This document shows, one piece after another, positions 46,238 to 55,896 of a stretch of DNA of 64,000 nt. A program made the position numbers and the translations under genes. The notes under the pieces are model-generated. The model was not told the origin of the DNA and searched no databases. It saw nothing but the letters and a program-made list of their open reading frames with translations. Source of the DNA: Klebsiella phage phiKp_32; the sequence record LC768500.1. One strand, written 5' to 3'. Numbering within the stretch: position 1 is the first letter of the stretch; each line of letters opens with the position of its first letter.

Positions 46238-46648
46238 ATGAATAAAAATGAAATTATTGACCTCCGTTTTGGTCGCAGCGAATTCAAAGTCAATGGGTAT
46301 TTCGTAGCCTTTACCGCCGGGATGACTAAGCAATTCGGTAGGGTTGTTAAAATCGAATTTAAAATTAAAAACTCTGCCTCTCGTTTTAGGCTGATCGCTC
46401 ACGCATTGACGGTTATTGAAGAAACCGATCTCATTCTTTTGCATGGCGGAGATTCAAATATTATGGAATTTGTGCTCGACGCCTGTGAGCAAAGCAAGAG
46501 TATTGTTGAATACGGCGGTGAGCAGTTCGAAGCCTTTAATGTTTTGGAACGTGCCATCAAAGAAGACCCCGTTAATTGGGAACGGATGTTAAGTAAAGTG
46601 CAGTCGTCCTTGTTAACTAATAGTCCTTTGAGACAACATTATCACTGA
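46238..46648 (+). CDS. hypothetical protein
   Basis: 136-aa ORF after the hairpin at 46181-46205. Confidence 0.5.
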   Translation: MNKNEIIDLRFGRSEFKVNGYFVAFTAGMTKQFGRVVKIEFKIKNSASRFRLIAHALTVIEETDLILLHGGDSNIMEFVLDACEQSKSIVEYGGEQFEAFNVLERAIKEDPVNWERMLSKVQSSLLTNSPLRQHYH

Positions 46649-46667
46649 CTTTAGATGGGAGTGTGCT

Positions 46668-47138
46668 ATGGATACGACGGTTGCTTCAGAGATACCATTA
46701 GATCAGACCCCTCAGTACGCAGACGATGTAGAGTGCACGGATGCGTATATTTTTGAAACCGACGAAGACGGAATAGGGTTAGAGCTAGCGTTGTTCTCAC
46801 CCTTACCTGATAGCTTTACTCCCGTATTAAGAATGGCTCTGGTCAAGTTGGATACCGCTATGCCTATTGACGGTATAGAGGGTTTATACCGGGATCTTGA
46901 CCAGACATTTGTAAACAATTACATGACAGGGTATCTGGAAGATGATTTCGAACGCTTCTTTATCCATTTAGCAGAGCATCTGGAAAGACATGGTGGGGAT
47001 ACCCACCCGGCGATGATTGCGACAATTGAACAGATAGCCTGCATGACTGAGATCTACGAGCTAAAGGATTTCAGAGAGTTCATTTACGGCGTGACCGTTA
47101 TGGTCAAACTCTTTAATCCAGAACCCACCATCCACTAA
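46668..47138 (+). CDS. hypothetical acidic protein
   Basis: 156-aa ORF rich in Asp and Glu. Confidence 0.5.
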   Translation: MDTTVASEIPLDQTPQYADDVECTDAYIFETDEDGIGLELALFSPLPDSFTPVLRMALVKLDTAMPIDGIEGLYRDLDQTFVNNYMTGYLEDDFERFFIHLAEHLERHGGDTHPAMIATIEQIACMTEIYELKDFREFIYGVTVMVKLFNPEPTIH

Positions 47139-47146
47139 AGGTTTTT

Positions 47147-47773
47147 ATGGACACCAAATCCCCGGATTTTTATTTTGATCTAGACGACACCCTGACCGGC
47201 ACCAACCCTTATTTATATCGCCGCGCTAAAACGTTTACTAAGCTGAATGGAGAACATGACGTTCACGACGTTCTCGTTCAATCAGAAAAGAATGGATTAA
47301 CGACCCTACAACTACCTAAACCAATAGGTGATTACATTTTTACCCACTTCCTGGAAGACGGTAACTTTATGTTATCGGTTAACCGGTCTCCGTTATTAGA
47401 AGGGAATCTGGACGCTTTTATTTGCTTGCTTAAAACGATAAGAGCCAAAGGTGGGAAGGTAGGTGTTTGTACTCATCGCGGGTTTCATCCCAAAGCCAAG
47501 TCCTACTCCGAATATTGGCTGGACGTCAATATTGGAATGAAACATTTTGACGAAGTCCATGTCCTCGACCCCAAGGTTCATCCTGATAAGTTGAAGTACC
47601 TCGAGACACAGTCAGAATCCTTTAAGTTGGTTGACGATAATCCGTTCCATGATTTGAACAAAGTTCATGCCAGAGATAATCGAATCTTGCATTATAACGG
47701 GATTTCCGATTACTCGGGTTACCGCTTTCAACGCAAAGTCAAATCCGTTTCTGATATCATGCAATTGCTTTAA
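47147..47773 (+). CDS. HAD-superfamily phosphatase (5'-nucleotidase-like)
   Basis: HAD motif I is FYFDLDDTLTG (DxDxT). Motif II Thr lies in VCTHRG. The C-terminal motif is LVDDNP (DD). Confidence 0.6.
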   Translation: MDTKSPDFYFDLDDTLTGTNPYLYRRAKTFTKLNGEHDVHDVLVQSEKNGLTTLQLPKPIGDYIFTHFLEDGNFMLSVNRSPLLEGNLDAFICLLKTIRAKGGKVGVCTHRGFHPKAKSYSEYWLDVNIGMKHFDEVHVLDPKVHPDKLKYLETQSESFKLVDDNPFHDLNKVHARDNRILHYNGISDYSGYRFQRKVKSVSDIMQLL

Positions 47774-47788
47774 ATTTAAACGACACCT

Positions 47789-47830
47789 ACTATCTCTTGG
47801 GAAACCAAGAGATAGTAAAACCACTTTTTT
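47789..47830 (+). terminator. terminator upstream of ligase gene
   Basis: CTATCTCTTGG / CCAAGAGATAG stem with a GAAA loop, then a T6 run. Confidence 0.7.
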
Positions 47831-47850
47831 GCATTTAGGAAATTTTTACC

Positions 47851-49755
47851 ATGAGAGAGCAACTAGCTGAACAAATCAAGTATCATAATAAACGTTATTT
47901 TTTAGATAACGATCCGGAAATATCCGACGATCAATACGACGAATTAAAACGGCAATACGACGCGTTGGGTGGTAATAAAAGTTCTTCCCCCGTCTTGTTA
48001 GACATGGAGGGGAGTGCTCTGCACAAGGTAGGGTTAGACATCCCCATGTTATCTTTATCTAAGAAATTGAACTTATCGGAATACGAAGCCTGGGAATCCG
48101 ATTACGAAGATAAGGATAAGTATCATTCTTACAAACTGGACGGTCTGGCGATTGAAGCCTGTTACGAGTTTGGTTTGTTAACTAAGCTCCGTACACGAGG
48201 AGATGGGCTAACTGGCGAAGATATCTTAGATAATGCCGGGGTTTTCTCACCAGATCAGCTCCCTTTAGAAAATCCGGCTTTAAAGGATTTTCACCGGGTT
48301 TGGTTACGAGGGGAAGGGTACGTCAGACTGGACGATCTGGTTGTTATCAATGAGATCAACGCCAAGACTTATCCCAATTGTCGTAGTGCGGCATCGGGCC
48401 TTATTCGTAGAAATCCAAAAGACAACGAAGATCTGGCAGGTAAGATTTCTTATAACGTTTATTGGTGCAGTGAACGTTTCGGTTTAGAGACTTACTCCGC
48501 CGTTATGGATAAACTCCGTGACTTCGGTTTCAGTACTGCCCCGGAATGTCAGTATGAAGACATTGTCAATAATAACCGTCCCCCACTTCTTCCTACTGAC
48601 GGAATCGTTTCCGTTATCGATAGTTTTTCTGATCAAGATGAATTGGGTTCGACTAACGAATATCCTCGCTGGGGAGTGGCATATAAGTTCCCTCCGGAGC
48701 AAGCGGAAACCATCGCTGAAAACGTTTCATGGGAAACGGGTAGAACGGGACGAGTCACCCCAGTTCTCACTTATAAGGCGGTTACGTTAGGCGGTAATAC
48801 AAACACGGAATGTTCTTTGTTCAACTATCGTCATTTTATCAAAACCGGGGTACGTAAAGGGAGTCGGATCATCATCGCCCGTAACGGTGACGTCATTCCT
48901 TATTTCGTTAGGGTTGTAGAAGCCGGATTAGGCGATGAGTTTAAAACCCCTAAAGTCTGTCCGTCGTGTTCGTCCATTCTGATGTATGAAGGGAAAGACG
49001 AGAAGAACATCTTCTTAACCTGTAAAAATACCGCGGATTGTCCAGCGCAGCATATCCAGCGATTCATTAATTTTGTCAGTCGTAAGGGATTGGATATCAA
49101 AGGTTACGGCGATAAGATGATGGAGAAGCACGTCGGGGAAGGGAAAGTCAGTACGCTTTCTGACATTCTTAACTTAGGAGAAATCCTTTCAGGGGAGGGT
49201 TTGGATAGGAATACTGAGAAGGTTATTGAGAAACTCAATAACTTAGGAAGTTACCCGGCATATAAGGTACTGGGTGCTTTGGGTATTCCTGGTGTCGCCG
49301 AAGGAACAGCTAAACTCATTACCGCTCAAGTCGGCAGTGTGGAAGATCTAATCGCTCTGCTTAAAGACGTTAAACGTTTGCTGGAGATTGAAGGTGTTGG
49401 AGTGAGTACCGTAAATGAGATCCAATCGTTTTTAAGTAACCCGGCTCTTTTTACGGATGTCGAAAACGTACTGAATAAACTCACATTAACATTTGAAAAA
49501 GGACAAGAACACGATATCAAAGTTTGTGTTACCGGGGGGTTATCCATTCCGAGAAAAGCAGCAGAAGAGAAGTTCAATCTTTCTGGGATTGAGTTACTGG
49601 ACGGTGTAACTAAAAAGATGGATGTTCTCGTCTTCGCACCTGGAGGGAGTCAGGGTAAGAAGGATAAAGCTATCGCCATGAATAAAGTGGTTATAGAAGC
49701 AACCGACGTTCACACTGTAGAACAAATTATCGATCAAATATTAACAGCCATTTAG
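47851..49755 (+). CDS. ligA: NAD+-dependent DNA ligase (LigA family)
   Basis: N-terminal Ia-like region YHNKRYFLDNDPEISDDQYDEL. Adenylation motif is KLDGLA, then TRGDGLTGEDI. The C4 zinc finger is CPSCSS...CKNTADCPAQ. HhH and C-terminal BRCT-like regions follow (VCVTGGLS). Confidence 0.85.
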   Translation: MREQLAEQIKYHNKRYFLDNDPEISDDQYDELKRQYDALGGNKSSSPVLLDMEGSALHKVGLDIPMLSLSKKLNLSEYEAWESDYEDKDKYHSYKLDGLAIEACYEFGLLTKLRTRGDGLTGEDILDNAGVFSPDQLPLENPALKDFHRVWLRGEGYVRLDDLVVINEINAKTYPNCRSAASGLIRRNPKDNEDLAGKISYNVYWCSERFGLETYSAVMDKLRDFGFSTAPECQYEDIVNNNRPPLLPTDGIVSVIDSFSDQDELGSTNEYPRWGVAYKFPPEQAETIAENVSWETGRTGRVTPVLTYKAVTLGGNTNTECSLFNYRHFIKTGVRKGSRIIIARNGDVIPYFVRVVEAGLGDEFKTPKVCPSCSSILMYEGKDEKNIFLTCKNTADCPAQHIQRFINFVSRKGLDIKGYGDKMMEKHVGEGKVSTLSDILNLGEILSGEGLDRNTEKVIEKLNNLGSYPAYKVLGALGIPGVAEGTAKLITAQVGSVEDLIALLKDVKRLLEIEGVGVSTVNEIQSFLSNPALFTDVENVLNKLTLTFEKGQEHDIKVCVTGGLSIPRKAAEEKFNLSGIELLDGVTKKMDVLVFAPGGSQGKKDKAIAMNKVVIEATDVHTVEQIIDQILTAI

Positions 49756-49765
49756 GAGAAAAGCA

Positions 49766-50092
49766 ATGCGAATTATTAAAATCGTAACTGTTTTTGTAGA
49801 TGCGACTATGGAGGAGATCAAAGCGATCGTGAAACAACACGTCGATCGTAATTTATACGAAGATCATATCCTCGAATACAAAGAAGGTTCGGCCGTTTTC
49901 TTGGTTGCCGAAAACCAAGCTGGATTGGTTGCGACCTCTTTGCAAGGCGCTTTCGATAATTCGGAATACATGCCTCGCTCTACGTTAACGGATACTGACA
50001 AGGGATTGATCGTATTGCGTTACACCAAACTCACTGGGGACCTGCGCGCTTCTAACGGTACTCGTAATCAAGCCAAAGCCATGTTTAACTAA
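49766..50092 (+). CDS. hypothetical protein
   Basis: 108-aa ORF with an AGGAGAAAA RBS. Confidence 0.5.
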   Translation: MRIIKIVTVFVDATMEEIKAIVKQHVDRNLYEDHILEYKEGSAVFLVAENQAGLVATSLQGAFDNSEYMPRSTLTDTDKGLIVLRYTKLTGDLRASNGTRNQAKAMFN

Positions 50093-51355
50093 TTGGATAT
50101 CGACAAAATGACCAAAGAAACTAAAGTAGAGAAAAAAGAAGCAGGCGTTTTTAAACTTAAAGAGAAACAGATACAGGTTGCTAATCCTAAACGTGATTAT
50201 CATCTGATGATCGACGGAGAAGATAAAACTTCCGAATTAGTTGACGTGGATAAAGCGGGCATGGACGATTTCCAATTTCGGTTCGGATTCTTTATGTACA
50301 TCCGCGATAAAAACAAGAAGCTAAAAAGACTCTTTGAATACGGTTCTGCTGAGGGTTTGAAAGAGTTTACGTTTAAGCAATCTGATAAAGAATATCGGAT
50401 CGTTTTAGGTAAAGGGTCCTCTGTGACGCTTGAGACTAAATCTGGCGGTAGGATGTTCGACGAGGACTTCATGCCCATGGGAGAGGACGTCTCAGTGAAC
50501 GATTACCGATTACGTGATGCGTTCCACCCCTCTTTTAACCTTAAACCTGAGACAGGAAACAAAACTACTCTGGTAGTTCTTAACTCCACTGTTTCACTCA
50601 AATATGTTTACGGGATTAATCTCGTTATCAATCAGGATATCACAGAAGGAACGCTGATATCCTCCTATGTTTACAATTCTCGGTATTCGGATTACCATAA
50701 GCTGGTTAACCCGACCATTGTGCGGTCAGAGATTGATGAAGGGTCGTTATCCGAATCACCTTATATTGTAAAAAGTGTTATTCGTGACTCCGGACTGAGA
50801 GGAAAGAGGGTTTCCGTCGTCAACTCTGTGTTTCTTAAAACCAGAATTAATGCCGAAGGTGGGATCACAGCAAGTAAAGTTAGTTTAGAAAACTCCAACA
50901 TCAGCTCCAGAAGTTCTAACGTAGATTTCGACGGGAGCTCTTTCAACGTTTACTCAGGCGTACAGCTTAATACGGTCGCCGGCGTTCTAATCAAACGTAA
51001 AGTAGATTTTTTAGAGTACTCCATCGGTGATGTCACTCTGATAGCGGTACGTAAAGGCGGGCTTTATCCTCGCACCTATGAATCCGACAAGGGTGTTGAA
51101 ATGATTATCTCGACACCTTATCGTTACGTCGATGTTAGGGACGAAATTGTTGTTAGAGAGAAAGATTCCCGCAGTGAAATCACGGCTAAAGTAGCTAAGC
51201 TCATTTTCAATAGGGATACTGAACAGACTATTTATCAGGGTCCGTTCCAGAGTAACACTGTGGAGTCGACTATCGTTGAATCTTTCTCCGACGCCATTAT
51301 GTCCAGACTTCGTCTGTTGGGGATGATTGATACAGCTTTAAGTGTGGGGATTTAA
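50093..51355 (+). CDS. hypothetical protein (beta-rich)
   Basis: 420-aa ORF contiguous with the previous gene. Confidence 0.55.
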   Translation: MDIDKMTKETKVEKKEAGVFKLKEKQIQVANPKRDYHLMIDGEDKTSELVDVDKAGMDDFQFRFGFFMYIRDKNKKLKRLFEYGSAEGLKEFTFKQSDKEYRIVLGKGSSVTLETKSGGRMFDEDFMPMGEDVSVNDYRLRDAFHPSFNLKPETGNKTTLVVLNSTVSLKYVYGINLVINQDITEGTLISSYVYNSRYSDYHKLVNPTIVRSEIDEGSLSESPYIVKSVIRDSGLRGKRVSVVNSVFLKTRINAEGGITASKVSLENSNISSRSSNVDFDGSSFNVYSGVQLNTVAGVLIKRKVDFLEYSIGDVTLIAVRKGGLYPRTYESDKGVEMIISTPYRYVDVRDEIVVREKDSRSEITAKVAKLIFNRDTEQTIYQGPFQSNTVESTIVESFSDAIMSRLRLLGMIDTALSVGI

Positions 51356-51358
51356 ATC

Positions 51359-51964
51359 ATGTTAAAAATTCGTTTCGAAGAATTAAAGACGTTTAACAAA
51401 CTCATTGTTAACGACTTTACCATTAAGGTCGATAAAGGTCACGAGAACCTCCCTGCTGAGCTTTACGAAGGTAAGACGCTCATTGCTACAATACCGACAA
51501 CAAAATCGTCCTCAGGCGTTCCTATTAAGCCTATGGGGTTGTTCCCGTTTGTTACTTTAATGGCCATGGGTGGGGCTATTATCAGTCAACAGAAAGAAGG
51601 GGTCTTTGATAAACTCCAGGGTTTATCCGAAGAGATCTTTTCTCAAGTAATCCATCGACAAACGATGGGAGAGCAGTTCTGCGACGATCCTAAGAATCAC
51701 AAGTACCTTCGTGTGTGCTTGGATAATGGGGCGTGGTCAACTGAGAAGGAAATCCAACCCGGTATTTTTGTGAATAACGAGTTTTACGTGTCGTCCAACG
51801 TTAATTCGAAAAATCAACGTTTTATGAAGGTTATTTCTATAACCGACGTCGCCTCCCCTAATCGTAAAAATATCGTTAGGCAGGAACTCCGTCAGGTTTA
51901 CGTCTTCACTGTACCGTTTGGGGAATTCGGATTTAAACACGAATTGGTCCAGTCGATTAAGTAA
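51359..51964 (+). CDS. hypothetical protein
   Basis: 201-aa ORF with a hairpin at 51970-51992 downstream. Confidence 0.5.
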   Translation: MLKIRFEELKTFNKLIVNDFTIKVDKGHENLPAELYEGKTLIATIPTTKSSSGVPIKPMGLFPFVTLMAMGGAIISQQKEGVFDKLQGLSEEIFSQVIHRQTMGEQFCDDPKNHKYLRVCLDNGAWSTEKEIQPGIFVNNEFYVSSNVNSKNQRFMKVISITDVASPNRKNIVRQELRQVYVFTVPFGEFGFKHELVQSIK

Positions 51965-52016
51965 CGTTGAGAGGGGAGATTAAGTTCTCCCCTATTTAAC
52001 CAACGAGGATAAGATT

Positions 52017-52538
52017 TTGGATCAAATTACTATTTACACCGATGGTAGCTGTCTTGAGAATAGCGCGGCCGGAGGACCGGGAGGATGGGCGTACATTATC
52101 GTAGGCAAGGATGAAAAATATTCGATAGAGCAAAACAAAGGTTATTTTAAAACCACAAATAACCGAATGGAAATGATGGCGTGTTTAGAAGCGTTATTGG
52201 AGTTCGATTACCCGAAAAGAATTATCATTCATACCGATAGCCAATATCTCATCGACGGGATGACTAAATGGATTTACGGTTGGAGAAAAAGGAATTGGGT
52301 GACGGGTTACGGAGAAGCAGTTAAAAACAAAGACCTTTGGCAGGCGTTGATTGACGCCAGTAAGTTTCACAAAGTCACCTACGTGAAAGTTAGAGCGCAT
52401 AATGGTGATAAGTACAATGAGCGATGCGATGTTCTCGCTAAAGAAGCGGCGAGAAACCCAGAGCTTGATGACGTAGGATTTGTTCCCGTACACAACCCAC
52501 CCAAAATTAAATATCCTTATTACTTTAGGAAAAGATAA
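52017..52538 (+). CDS. rnhA: ribonuclease HI
   Basis: Collinear with E. coli RNase HI: ITIYTDGSC, TTNNRMEMMA, IHTDSQY, WIYGWRKRNW, RAHNGDKYNERCDVLAK. The start appears to be TTG, with a GAGGA RBS 8 nt upstream. Confidence 0.8.
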   Translation: MDQITIYTDGSCLENSAAGGPGGWAYIIVGKDEKYSIEQNKGYFKTTNNRMEMMACLEALLEFDYPKRIIIHTDSQYLIDGMTKWIYGWRKRNWVTGYGEAVKNKDLWQALIDASKFHKVTYVKVRAHNGDKYNERCDVLAKEAARNPELDDVGFVPVHNPPKIKYPYYFRKR

Positions 52539-52540
52539 TC

Positions 52541-53881
52541 ATGGTTTCAATTGATGATGTGCAGAAAAAACTCACTACTTATTTTGATGACCGTTTAATC
52601 GGGCAACCGGAATTAGTAGAAGGTATCATTACCAATATTAAGTTGCGAGAGATCTACCACAATAATTTAGCGTTTGCTAAAGAAGCCGGTATTTATATCC
52701 CCCCTTTAAATATGCTGGTTAGGGGGAAATCTGGCAACGGTAAAAGTCATTCGATTAACTTTATTTGTCGATCTTTGGGATTACCTTTCGTCAGCGTCAA
52801 CGCCACGGATTTTACTTCTTCCGGTTACGTTGGCGCTTCGTTGTCAGATATTCCTAAAATGCTGATCGATGAAGCGGAAAGGATTCTTAAAGAGAAAGAT
52901 CAAATTAAGGGTGGGTTCGACGTTCCCCCTCCCACACAGGACGATAAAGATGTTGAGGAAGCCGACAATCGTTTTAAAGCAATAGAAAAAGAATTAATCG
53001 ACTTGGGTGTTCGTATGGATAAAATGGGTCCTAAGCGACCTGCCTTCGCCCACTCTATACGTTTGTATGAAAAGGGGATACCGTACAGAATCAAACTTTG
53101 TTTCAGTAACAAAACACCTAAGAAACTTTATGCCGAATTAACCGAAGGGAAGGAATTTACCGATAAAGAGAGGACTAAGATTAATAGTCTGTTAAACAAG
53201 CTGTCCACCCCATATAAACCCTACTCGTTTAAATTCGATACAAGTTTCATTGACAAGTTCAGGTTAGGTGGAATAAAAGATTCTAATCCTGGAGTCAAAG
53301 AGTATGCCCAAAATAAGGGTATCGTCATGATCGATGAGATTGATAAAATCCTCATGGGTAAGAACGGACAATACAACGTTGGGACTCACGGAATCATCAG
53401 GGAGATTCTAGCCTATCTGTCCGGATCAAACATCATGAGCGGAGGTGATATGTTTGATACGTCAAACATCATCTTTATCTGTGCTGGCGCTTTTGACATG
53501 GTCGACTTTAAAGATATCCCCACCGAACTCTTAGGTCGCCTCCCTACACGTTTAACTGTTAAGGACCCTACTGAAGATAGTCTTTACCGGATGCTGACTT
53601 CCCAGGTAGTGGACCCGTGGGGTATGGTCAAACTCATTCTTCGTAACAAAGGATGTGAAAATTTCATCATTAGTGATGAAATTTCTAGACATATCGCCAA
53701 ACGTGTTATCGAGGACGAAAAGATCAAACCCATTGGGGTCAGACGTTTAATGGCTGTGATTAGCGAAATAGCTAAAATCTATTATCTCATGGACGAGATA
53801 GATAAAGAGATAACTTTATCAGAGTTCGTAGCGGATAAAGCACTTAAAACGATTAGAGACGGTTTATTAGAATCGGTTTAA
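52541..53881 (+). CDS. hslU: HslU-like AAA+ unfoldase ATPase
   Basis: Collinear with HslU: LIGQPELVEG, Walker A GKSGNGKSH, substrate/sensor loop ATDFTSSGYVG, an inserted I-domain-like region, Walker B GIVMIDEIDKI, IFICAGAF, LLGRLPTRLTV and a GVRRL C-terminal motif. Confidence 0.75.
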   Translation: MVSIDDVQKKLTTYFDDRLIGQPELVEGIITNIKLREIYHNNLAFAKEAGIYIPPLNMLVRGKSGNGKSHSINFICRSLGLPFVSVNATDFTSSGYVGASLSDIPKMLIDEAERILKEKDQIKGGFDVPPPTQDDKDVEEADNRFKAIEKELIDLGVRMDKMGPKRPAFAHSIRLYEKGIPYRIKLCFSNKTPKKLYAELTEGKEFTDKERTKINSLLNKLSTPYKPYSFKFDTSFIDKFRLGGIKDSNPGVKEYAQNKGIVMIDEIDKILMGKNGQYNVGTHGIIREILAYLSGSNIMSGGDMFDTSNIIFICAGAFDMVDFKDIPTELLGRLPTRLTVKDPTEDSLYRMLTSQVVDPWGMVKLILRNKGCENFIISDEISRHIAKRVIEDEKIKPIGVRRLMAVISEIAKIYYLMDEIDKEITLSEFVADKALKTIRDGLLESV

Positions 53882-53883
53882 AC

Positions 53884-53935
53884 TTATATCCTGGGCGGAT
53901 CCGCCCAGGATATAATCTGTTAATTTAACTTTTGG
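53884..53935 (+). terminator. terminator after hslU-like gene (32-bp palindrome)
   Basis: TTATATCCTGGGCGGATCCGCCCAGGATATAA, then a T-rich tail. Confidence 0.7.
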
Positions 53936-53944
53936 AAACTCATC

Positions 53945-54439
53945 ATGCTTTTAGACGAATGGGTCGGTGTTTTTAACTCGTTATCCTCGGATTTGAAAGG
54001 AAGGGATGTAGAGGGTTACATTTACTTGTTTGGGGATATCATTAATGGTTTGTTGTGGGCTGGATTAGTAGGGTGGTCGATATCGTTAGTGAAGCGACGT
54101 AAGAAAAACAAACGAAGAGAAGAGAATGATTATAAGTTAGCGGAATTAATTGAGTCGTTCCTTGTCTTTGAAGGTATTACGCCGGATAAGTATTCCATCC
54201 CCAAGTTCCTAATAAAGAATGAGAAAGAACTCCTTATCGCACTAGACTACTTTTTAAGGAAGGACGCGATACTGCGTAAGAAACTGAGATTCAAACAATT
54301 AGATGTTAAATTATCGGAGGATAGGATCAAGATAAGATTTAAGTCTATCTTTAGAACCGGTGCATACGCCGTATCAACTGATTCCTCAAAGTTATTAATC
54401 TTCTTAGGTCTATTACTGGAGAAAAATAAAAATGGTTGA
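53945..54439 (+). CDS. small membrane protein
   Basis: 164-aa ORF with one TM segment (IINGLLWAGLVGWSISLV) followed by a basic stretch. Confidence 0.5.
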   Translation: MLLDEWVGVFNSLSSDLKGRDVEGYIYLFGDIINGLLWAGLVGWSISLVKRRKKNKRREENDYKLAELIESFLVFEGITPDKYSIPKFLIKNEKELLIALDYFLRKDAILRKKLRFKQLDVKLSEDRIKIRFKSIFRTGAYAVSTDSSKLLIFLGLLLEKNKNG

Positions 54440-54818
54440 ATTATCGTTAGTCTCTATCATTTTTGGAATTGGGTTAGGTGTACTGCTGACTCTTTTTTGG
54501 ATTAAATTCTTAAAGGGAGTGTTGGAGAAGAAAGAAGCCGAAAGAAAACTTAAAGAGGAAGTATATGAAAAATCCAAGGAGTTAGACTCCTTGGTGTCGA
54601 AATTAAGAAGAGAGGTTCATAGTCTCGATGAGTTACTTAACCGCCCGGACTTCGCCGAACTGTACGATTTTCTTAAATGCGAAATAATAGTAAGGACCGA
54701 TTGCCTTTTCATTATTTCCCCGTTTTGGATCACCCCCAAAGAAGGCATCAAACACATCGCGATTCATTTAAATGCGGTTGACCGCATTTCCTCGCGTATT
54801 TTAGGTGAACTCTGTTAA
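54432..54818 (+). CDS. membrane-anchored coiled-coil protein
   Basis: 128-aa ORF with an N-terminal TM segment (LVSIIFGIGLGVLLTLFWI) and a charged helical region. It overlaps the upstream stop. Confidence 0.5.
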   Translation: MVELSLVSIIFGIGLGVLLTLFWIKFLKGVLEKKEAERKLKEEVYEKSKELDSLVSKLRREVHSLDELLNRPDFAELYDFLKCEIIVRTDCLFIISPFWITPKEGIKHIAIHLNAVDRISSRILGELC

Positions 54819-54854
54819 GTCCTATTTTTAAACTATACACTCATTAGGTAAATC

Positions 54855-55094
54855 ATGAAACTCAAAGATTATCAACATCACGTTTCTATCGTCCAACACG
54901 AAGATGGAAAAGAACTCCCCTATTTAAAACAAAAGACTTACTGTGGGGGTGAACCTGAACCTTGGATGTTCCAAGGCGCTGGGCACGCTATACTGGCGAT
55001 TTCTAATCAAAGCTACACACAACCCTGCCCTGAATGTGTTAAAGCCATACAGACGATTACAGAAGGGTATTTAAAGGAAAATTCCAATGGCTAA
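54855..55094 (+). CDS. small Cys-containing protein
   Basis: 79-aa ORF with YCGG...CPEC, a possible metal-binding site. Confidence 0.45.
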   Translation: MKLKDYQHHVSIVQHEDGKELPYLKQKTYCGGEPEPWMFQGAGHAILAISNQSYTQPCPECVKAIQTITEGYLKENSNG

Positions 55095-55190
55095 ATCCAA
55101 AATGTCCGACTTTATTGATATTGCCGTGCTATTCCTGGTAATATCTCTCGTCTTAACCTTTTTCTTTTACGCTATTATTAAATATGGATA
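55086..55190 (+). CDS. small single-TM peptide (34 aa), not in the ORF track
   Basis: Its ATG overlaps the upstream stop (ATGGCTAA) and its own stop overlaps the next start. Translated as MAKSKMSDFIDIAVLFLVISLVLTFFFYAIIKYG. Confidence 0.25.
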
Positions 55191-55534
55191 AAACTACTAT
55201 GTTTGACCTTATTAAACTTCTCGAGATTTTCCTGGGGTTCTTTATTTGCATTTTACTGATCGTTCTGCTCGTCATAACGACACGTAAGAATAAACGACCC
55301 CAGCTCCCTCCTACGCATGAAACCCTTCGGTACATCATCTCTGGCGCCCTACAGACGGGAGTTTATAATACTCCCGATCTTTATGTCGAACTCGCCTTAA
55401 AACTCTCTAAGGACTACGGAGAGCTCTTAAACGTTAAAATAGAGTACGATCATTTATCGTCGTCTAGCCATAAAACGTTTTATATAAAGGATTATACACT
55501 TAAACGAGTTTACCCGCTAACCTTTAACGCATAA
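55184..55534 (+). CDS. small membrane protein
   Basis: 116-aa ORF with an N-terminal TM segment (LEIFLGFFICILLIVLLVI). A terminator lies at 55545-55598. Confidence 0.5.
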   Translation: MDKTTMFDLIKLLEIFLGFFICILLIVLLVITTRKNKRPQLPPTHETLRYIISGALQTGVYNTPDLYVELALKLSKDYGELLNVKIEYDHLSSSSHKTFYIKDYTLKRVYPLTFNA

Positions 55535-55544
55535 AACGTTGATC

Positions 55545-55598
55545 TACTCCTACTCCCGTAATAGGGAGTAGGAGTACTCTTATGAATTTATTTTTAGT
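55545..55598 (+). terminator. terminator preceding the TnpB element
   Basis: TACTCCTACTCCC / GGGAGTAGGAGTA 13-bp stem, then a T-rich run. Confidence 0.75.
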
Positions 55599-55896
55599 TA
55601 ATTAATTAATGTTAAACCTAGGATAGTATAGTATAAATAGCTCTAGCGCAATATATTAGGCCTTCGGCCTAAAGGGCTAGGGTAAGTCTATTCGTTCGTT
55701 TCAGCATCAATCAAGGTATTCGCTACGCTCATACTTTCTTATGCTGATCGATGGGTAGAAAATCTTTCTATTTTAGTTAAATACCAGTTAAAACGGGTTT
55801 GGGCGACGTCTTTTTGAAAATTTAACTAGTGGCTATCATCTTGGTACTTAACTTATTTAATTTAAACTCTATATCATAAAGTCGGAGGAACTTATT

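Noticed and set aside
55620-55632. T4 late-promoter-like TATAAATA box (GTATAGTATAAATAG)
   Set aside because: It is a single occurrence inside the structured left end of the TnpB element. Other late-gene upstream regions in the window lack TATAAATA, so it is not a genome-wide late-promoter signal.
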